A DNA stretch of 64,000 bases from Hyaloraphidium curvatum SAG 235-1 (taxonomy: Eukaryota > Fungi > Monoblepharomycota), in NCBI GenBank assembly GCA_025558095.1, contig JAIVFI010000023.1:620001-684000 (forward strand), read 5' to 3'. The notes below the pieces were generated by a model. The model was not told where the DNA came from. It saw only the letters and a list, made by a program, of their open reading frames with translations, and did not search any database. Below, piece after piece: positions 57,242 through 64,000 of the stretch. Every line of letters starts with the position of its first letter. Within the stretch, counting starts at the first letter, position 1. The translations under genes and the position numbers were made by a program.

Positions 57242-59790
57242 TCACAACGGCTTCCCTCCCGGCGGCCAAACCAGCCCCCTCTCCTGCAGAAACTCCCAAA
57301 CCTTGCTGCTCTTGTTCACGTCCATCTTGACGCTCTCCCTCGCCGCCCTCTTGCCCAGCCCGTTCTGCTCCCTGCACCTCTCCGTGAAGAGCTTCTTGAG
57401 CGCCATGAACGACTCGGGGAACAGGCGGAGGTGCGAGCACAGCTCCCTCTCGTCCGGCTCCAGCTCCGCGTACCCGGGCAGCTCCGAGATCTCCAGCGGA
57501 CGCGGGGTCGGCCGCGCGCGGGGGCCGCCGGGCAAGGCGGGGGCGTCCCGGCCGGCGGCGCCGCGGCGGCCCTTCTTGCCGGGGAGGGCGAGCGGCTGCG
57601 CGTACGCGTCGGGGTCGCCGAGCTGCAGTCCGTGGTCCTGCAGGTGCGCGGCGAAGGAGGGCATGTCGGGGAAGGTAGAGAGACCGCAGGCGGGGCAGAC
57701 CATCCTGGTGGGGTGAAGATAGCGCGTGGTCAGCCATTGGATGACAGCGTCGCCGCCCGAAAACCCCACCTCGCCAGCGTCCCGTCCGCCCTGCGCACCC
57801 TCAGCTCCCCGTACCCCGCCTCGGACCCCACATCCGGCGTCCCCGCCCTCCTCGCCGCCGCCAGCATCCTCCTCGTGTTGAACTCAAGCTTCGCCACCGG
57901 CGGCCTCTCGGGCGCGCCCAGCGGCACCGCCCGCGGCTTCGGGCCGTCGGTGATCCGCACCCGCGCCCGCGCGGCGCCCTCGGGGCCAACGGGGACGCCG
58001 CACGCGACGGCGGCGTCGGCGTGGGAGGGGAAGTACCGGCCGTGGGAGATGCGGGCGTGGTTGACGAAGCCTTGGAGGTTGTTGAAGGCGATCTTGCCGC
58101 AGTCGGGGCAGACCATCCTGTGACGGGGGCAGTCAGCGATCGTATCCCGGGCGAATTGCCGGCAGGGTATACCCACCGCACGGCGGATCCGTCCGCCAGC
58201 TGCACCACCAGTTCCCCAGACGACCCGTTGACGATCCTCCTTCCCGGCACCCTCCCCACGCCCGCCGGCATCCGCACCCCCCCGCCGTACCTCCCCGTTC
58301 TACCCCCCCATCGCCTCCCCACGTCATCCGACGCCTCGCTGGCCGCCCCAGAGGCGGAAAACAACAGGTCCGAAACGTCCAGCTTCCCGTTGTCCGCTTC
58401 CGGAAGCCGGTAGAACGGCACGGCGGGGAACAAACCCCCCTCGTCCTCGCTCTCGGCCTCCTTCCCGTCCGCGCCGCGCTTCTTGGGGCGCAGCCAGACG
58501 TACCGGTGCCGCAGCAGGAACCCCCAAAACCCCTCCCACTGCTCCCGCGTCCAGGGCAGCCAGCTCGCCAGCATCGCCGCGTCCTTCTCCCGCAGCCCGC
58601 CGGAGCGCTTGCATTCGTCCTCCAGCTGCACGGCAGCGGCGACGAACTGCTCCGGGGGGAGGGAGAGGTTGGCGCAGAGGGCGAATTCGCGGGAGGAGAG
58701 GAGCAGGGGTTGCGGAGGGGGGAGCCGGGGTTTGGGCGGGGTTGCGGGGGCGGAGGGGTGGGGGCTGATGGAGCGGGCGGGCGAGGCGGTCATTTCGCGG
58801 GGGGGAGGGCGGGGGGAGGCCTGGGGGGCGAGGGTGACGGTGATTTCGGGAACGAAGTGGGCGTCGGGGGGGCTGGGACCCGAGGCGGGGTCGGTGGGTG
58901 CCGGCGGGGGGGCAAGGTCGCCATCGAGGTCCATTTCGGCGTCGGGGTCGCCGCCGGACTCCGCGGGAGCGACCATGACGGTGTCTTCCTCTTCGATCTG
59001 GGGGGAGGGATGCGGTTGTCAGCAGGAACGACAGGAAGCAACGGGAAAAGCAGCTACCCACCACCGCCTCGGTCCCAATGGCAAGGTCGTTGGGCAGCGC
59101 GGCGACGTGGTAGCCCGGCCTGCCCTCCGCCGTCGTGGTCTTCTCAAACAGGCTCGGCGCGTCCAGCTGCCTCGCCTTCTGGAAAACCCAGTGGATCTGC
59201 CGCGACACCGTGGCCGCCGGGTCCGCGTCGAACACGCGGCCTAGGTCCGGGCCGCCGGGCCGCTGGTGCTCCCGCACGGCAAAGGCGATGTCCTTTGGGG
59301 CCATGGGGCGGTTCCCGTTGCGCACCAGGGCCGCGACCACGGCCCGTACCAGGGGGGTAGCGTGCGAGGGCACAGCCACGGTCACTTTCGGGGGCGGAGG
59401 GGCGGCGGATGGTGGGAAAGCTGCTGCCACGGTCGGCGGGGCCCCCCCGGTTGAGAGGAGCAGCCCGGGGCCGCCCAGGCCCTCCGGCAGAAAGACGGCC
59501 GCCCTCTGCTGGATTTCCTCATCCACTTTGGTATCCGTCGACTCGTTGGAGAGCGTCTGTTCCGGCGCTGCGGTGCCGGGAGCCTTCGCGGGGGCCAGCT
59601 TGAGCGCGATGCCCCTGTCGGCGGCGGCCTTTCGCAGCGCCTCCAGCTCCCTCTGGATTGCTGCATTTTGGCCCCTTAAATCGAGCACGAACGGCCGCCA
59701 CGCCTCGTCGTCGTCGTCGCTGTCGGGCGGCGGCGGCGGCGCGCTCGGCAGCGACGCCCAGCCGGCGGGCGGCCCCGCGCCGTCGCCCAT
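57242..59790 (-). CDS. Chromatin protein: winged-helix-like domain + SWIRM-like + C2H2 fingers (one Ahc1-like) + Ada2-type SWIRM
   Basis: LVRNGNRPMAPKDIA; LLSSREFALCANLSLPPEQF; CPDCGKIAFNNLQGFVNHARISH; CPACGLSTF..FAAHLQDH; LPGYAELEPDERELCSHLRLFP..MDVNKSSKVWEFL. Confidence 0.75.
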
Positions 59791-61253
59791 GCCGCGCCGC
59801 CCGGCGCCGCACTCGGCTAGCTCGGGAGAGCGCGCAGAGGCCGGTGATGGTTGCCCGCCGCGCCGCGGAGGCGGGGGGGCGCCGGCGGGTGATGCTCAAA
59901 GCAGAGAAACGGCATCCGCGCTGCGGCGATGCCACGTCCCCTCCACCCGCACCCCGTGATGCCGTCGCGCCCGCCGCCGGAAAGGCAAAAATCGCCTTAT
60001 GCTCCTCTCAATATTTGAACGGCGGGGTGATGCCGCTGAAGCCAGCACTCGGATGCAACACCGACGATGGCGAAGCCTTGCGGTCAGGCACCGGTCCCCC
60101 CCGAGTCAGATGGCCGTTTTCCACCCTCAGCTTGGTTCCGCCCTATTCAAACTAATGATAGCTCCAGGACGAGGCACCCATCAGGCCTTAACTGAACCGG
60201 CCGTTGCAACCGGACCGCCGCAAGGTCCCCGCCCCGGCGCCCGTGCGGCCGGCCGGCCGCACTCAGCATCAGGTGCCGTACAGAGCCTCGTTTCCGATTG
60301 TACATCTTTCGAATATACCGTCCGGCCCGGTAGTGCTGCATATCCATCGGTTCCCATCGTCCACTTGGCCGGCCGACCCCATCCGACTTTCCCCGATCGC
60401 CCCATCACCCCTGCCGCTCCCTGCCCCACCCCGACGCACGGCACCCTTCCTCGGAGCCCATCTCAATCACGAAAGCCCACATTCGGAGCCCCACCGTCGC
60501 CCGGACTGCCGGGGGCAACTCCCCCTCCGGTCCCTTCCGCCCCAGCCACATCCCCAACCCGCCTCCCCGAACGGCCCGTCTGCCGCGCCGGGGGGCCATC
60601 GATGGTACCTGTGGATGGGTATATCTAGGTTGATGGATGACACGGGGTGAGGATGGAGGGGTGAGAGGGGGATGATGCTTCGTGGGGACGCCGCCGCGGC
60701 ACCCGATCCTCCGGAACGGGCGAGCCGTTCCGCGGACGCTCCCGGCAGCGAAACTCGGCACCGGTCGGCGGCGCAGCTGCCCGAGGGCTGGATGGGCTCG
60801 GGACCGGGATGGATGCCGTCCGGAGCCGGCGGGTGGCCGCAGGATCACGCGCGATCAGCTGGGCGCGCTTGGCCGCAGGCGTCGAGGGTTCCAGGTGGCT
60901 TCGCGGCCTGGTGCCACGAACGAATAGGGGAGATGGATAAGACATCAAAACCTCAGCCGCTCTTTGCTCCCCCCGGGCCGACTGATGCGAGATGGTAAGG
61001 GCGGGAGGGAGTGCCACTGCCCTCGTCTCCCACGGCCTACAGCGTTCTGCGGTCCTTACACGGCCGGAAACAGTAAATTCCGTCTTCTCCAACCATCTTT
61101 CTCCGCCGCCTTCGGGCATCGATGCCGGGAAACGCCCCGCCCCGCGACAGAGACGGCCACTTCAGGGTCCCCACACGAGCGCCATCGCACCCTGTGCCCC
61201 TGAACTCCACGAATCTCTTCCCCGTGCCTCATTATCCCCCTGCGCAAACAACA

Positions 61254-61830
61254 ATGGCCGACGCCCCCGCCACCGGCTCCTGTACGCCCCGCCCCCCGCC
61301 CGCCGTACGTCGCCCGCAGCTGCCTAAAATCCGACCCCCGGGAACAGCCCTGAAGGACGGAATCAAGAGCCTCCTCGAGCACCTCCAGACCGACAAGGGC
61401 AAGGAGACCCTCGGCAGTGCGCCCCCCCCCCTCCGCGCAGACTGCAGTGCGGTAGCTGATCCCCGGCCGCCCCACGCAGAGATCGGCGAGGCGCTGCAGG
61501 ACCCGCGCGTCAAGGAAAAGCTCGCAGGTACCCTCTTTCCCTTGCCCTTCCGCGTGGCGAGATTGACCCCGCGCGCGTATGCAGAGCTCAAGGACAAGTG
61601 GGACCACCTCGACAAGGACAAGCTCAAGGAGAAGCTTTCGGAGCTCGGTTCCGCTTTGGACAACCCCGAGAACAAGGACGCCATCGCGCGTACGTCCTCC
61701 CCTCCAGTCTCCCCACGAGGAAGATGCTGATGGTTTGGGTGCCGCAGAGCTCAAGGAGGCGTTCGCGAGCGGGGACAAGGCCAAGGCCGAGGCGGCGATG
61801 AAGGAGATCGCGGAGAACCAGAAGGACTAG
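61254..61830 (+). CDS. Small charged alpha-helical hypothetical protein, multi-exon
   Basis: Short Lys/Glu-rich exons (ALKDGIKSLLEHL; ELKDKWDHLDKDKLKEKL; ELKEAFASGDKAKAEAAMKE) separated by ~55-60 nt introns. Confidence 0.6.
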
Positions 61831-62113
61831 GGGCGCCGGGAGGGATGTTGCTCTGCGGAGGGAAGATGGGGGGCCGCGGAACGAGTGCCGCGAGGCGCGG
61901 CGCGGGTCCGTCCTCTGATGAGCCGATGAGGTGCCGGCCTCTCTTCGAGCTCGGGGTCCCCTCGCTTTCATTGCCCTTCCGCTTTGCCCCCCTCCCCCTC
62001 TTCCCCTGGAACACATCCCGGTCTCGCAGTACTTGTCGGCCCCTCCCTTGCCCGTCCCGCCGCAATCCACTCCGCCCGAACCGCGTCCGCCCGCATGCCA
62101 CCCCCCACCCCCT

Positions 62114-62524
62114 TCAACCCCTCATGTGCACCGCCGCCGCCGCGATCCACGCGTTGCACCAGATCAGGAAGCTCAGCGCGCGCACCTCCCCCTCCTTGGA
62201 GTCCAATCCGTACGGGAAGGGCGGGTACAGGAAGCTCGTACCGTCGAGCAGCCCCGCGGCCAAAAGGCCGGCGCACACCCCGTGGATGATCTTGTCCTTG
62301 GGCACCCCGATCAGTTCGAAGCCCTTGATCGTGAGCCACGCGTTGGGCGGGCCGACGGCGAGCAGCGCCAATTGGGCGGCGGCGGGGGACAGCCCGAGGC
62401 CCCCGCCAACCGCGGAGAACCAGGTGTCCTTCAGGAGGCGGATAAAGACGAGGCCCTGCCCGTAGAGCGCGAGGCCGTAGAGGGCGGAGCGGATGCCGAG
62501 GGGGGAGGAGAGGAAGCCGGACAT
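62114..62524 (-). CDS. Small hypothetical membrane protein
   Basis: 136-codon ORF with about four hydrophobic segments and GC3-biased codons. Confidence 0.6.
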   Translation of the reverse strand: MSGFLSSPLGIRSALYGLALYGQGLVFIRLLKDTWFSAVGGGLGLSPAAAQLALLAVGPPNAWLTIKGFELIGVPKDKIIHGVCAGLLAAGLLDGTSFLYPPFPYGLDSKEGEVRALSFLIWCNAWIAAAAVHMRG

Positions 62525-62892
62525 GGCGCGGGATGTGGTCTTGGGGAGACGGTAGTTGGAGTCGATCAAAATAGGCCCTGAAAAGTCTGCGCGGAGTTAC
62601 CTGCGGATAGTCCGCAAGGGACCGTAGCAGCCATGTCCCTTCGGATGAGGTCGGACTCGTGCGTAGCAGAGACAATGGATGGATACATTGGAAGCTGGTT
62701 TCGATGTGTTGCTCCTTCGATGACGAGCTAGACGGCGGAAGCCGTCGCCTGGCAACTGCAAGACACTCGGCCAACCTGGACACAATCGGTGCCCAGGCAG
62801 ATGATCCAACGGGTCAGCAATCAAAATTCTAAATATGCTTCACAAGACGGGTTATCGCGCAGCATCGCATCCTCCGCGCAAGTGTCGCCGCA

Positions 62893-63867
62893 TCAGAGCT
62901 TCCCCTCGAACGGCAGGTACGTCCCGATCTCCAGCGGCCTCCCCTCCGGATCCCGGAAAAAGATCTCCCCCCCCCCCCCCCCCCGAATCAGCTCCATGAG
63001 CATGCCATCCGCCCGGTGAACCCACCTGCACTGCCTTGCTCTTCGGCAGCCCGAACCGCGTGTAGCTCACCCCCCACATCCGCAGCCGCTCCTCGGCGGC
63101 GTCGATGTCGCGCACCTGGAACGCGATATGCCGCCCGCGCCGGAGGGAGCGCGGGTCGAACTCGGATTCGGGGGCCGTATGCGGGGAGGGGGGGGCGGGG
63201 GTGTCGGGGAAGAACTCGGGGTCGGGGGGGAAGAGGTGCACCATGAGATTGCCGTGCTGCGGGGAGAAAAGGCGGCGAGGACGGGAGCAGTTGGCAGGAG
63301 GAAACGTGCCAGGCAGACGTGCGGCCAGGTGAAAGCGGTTTCCGTCAGCTCGAGTCCGCGGAGTTGGAGCACGGGGAACGCCCACCAGGAGCCAAGCGCC
63401 AGGGAACGGGAACTGAGGCCTCGGTATCCGGGTGAAGCCGAGCACGTTGACGTAGCTGGTCAACACGCGAGTCAATCGCGAAGTCGACAGAGATAGCGAG
63501 CACGCGACCGAGAGCGTCCGGCACGGAAAAGAACACAGTATCAGGCGAATCCGACGCGTCAGAACGCCGCTGGAACCCACAACGCCGCCGTCTTCTCGAT
63601 CTCCCGGCTGTCGAACGCGATGTGGTTGACGCTCTCGATCCCCACCGGTTCCGGTCCCTCGGCCGCCGTGTCCGCCGACGGCGCCTCGAACCGCACCGTG
63701 ACGAATTCCTCGCCCAGGTAGTTTGCCCCCCGGATCATGGTTGCCGGGCGCGAGCCGGGGGCGTCGGCGGGGAGGATGGCGCCGGCGGGGGAGACGGAGA
63801 CGGAGGTCGAGGACGCGATGCGGGGGGAGAAGGGCGGCACCGACGGCGATGCGGCCGCGGCGGACAT
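62893..63867 (-). CDS. Glyoxalase/bleomycin-resistance (VOC) family protein, multi-exon
   Basis: VNHIAF, YVNVLGF..IPRP.FPFPGAWL, RHIAFQV.DI and spliced Q|IFFRDPEGRPLEI. Ends -GKL. Confidence 0.88.
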
Positions 63868-64000
63868 TTGTGAACAATGGTTTGAGGGGCCGGGAAAGCT
63901 CGGACAGGCCGTAGGGTGAGTCGAGGTCCTGTCGATGGCCGGGCGAGTGCGGGCGCAACTGCAACCCGCTGTGCACCCCCAGCCGCGACTCTTCTTGAAA

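Noticed and set aside
59800-61250. Possible gene or ncRNA in the 1.4-kb gap
   Set aside because: No ORF with credible motifs and no recognisable RNA structure. It is likely a divergent promoter region.

Overview
This is gene-dense, very GC-rich eukaryotic DNA with short (mostly about 55-135 nt) spliceosomal GT-AG introns and CTGAC/CTCAC/CTGAT branch points. A LYS2 alpha-aminoadipate reductase and a Zn2Cys6 factor indicate a fungus. An early-diverging (chytrid/Monoblepharidomycete-like) lineage is an inference from gene content and composition. About 32 genes or pseudogenes can be reconstructed by hand-splicing. No RNA gene, CRISPR array or transposase was recognised. Highlights: (1) a bacterial-type class III adenylyl cyclase fused to a bacteriohemerythrin domain whose full di-iron ligand set appears only after splicing, a candidate O2/NO-sensing cAMP source in a fungus; (2) next to it, four co-oriented catabolic genes (GST, SnoaL/LinA-like NTF2 protein, SDR, Baeyer-Villiger monooxygenase), three with PTS1-like C-termini; (3) a tandem di-ubiquitin-like modifier with a non-cleavable internal junction; (4) a ~10 kb block of secreted or surface proteins with bacterial-like modules, bracketed by inverted, decayed BTB paralogues; (5) a small secreted Cys-rich family whose second copy has an AT donor at a conserved intron; (6) recurrent C-rich then G-rich compositional blocks. 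Exon boundaries and family assignments come from manual reading and motif recall, not database searches.
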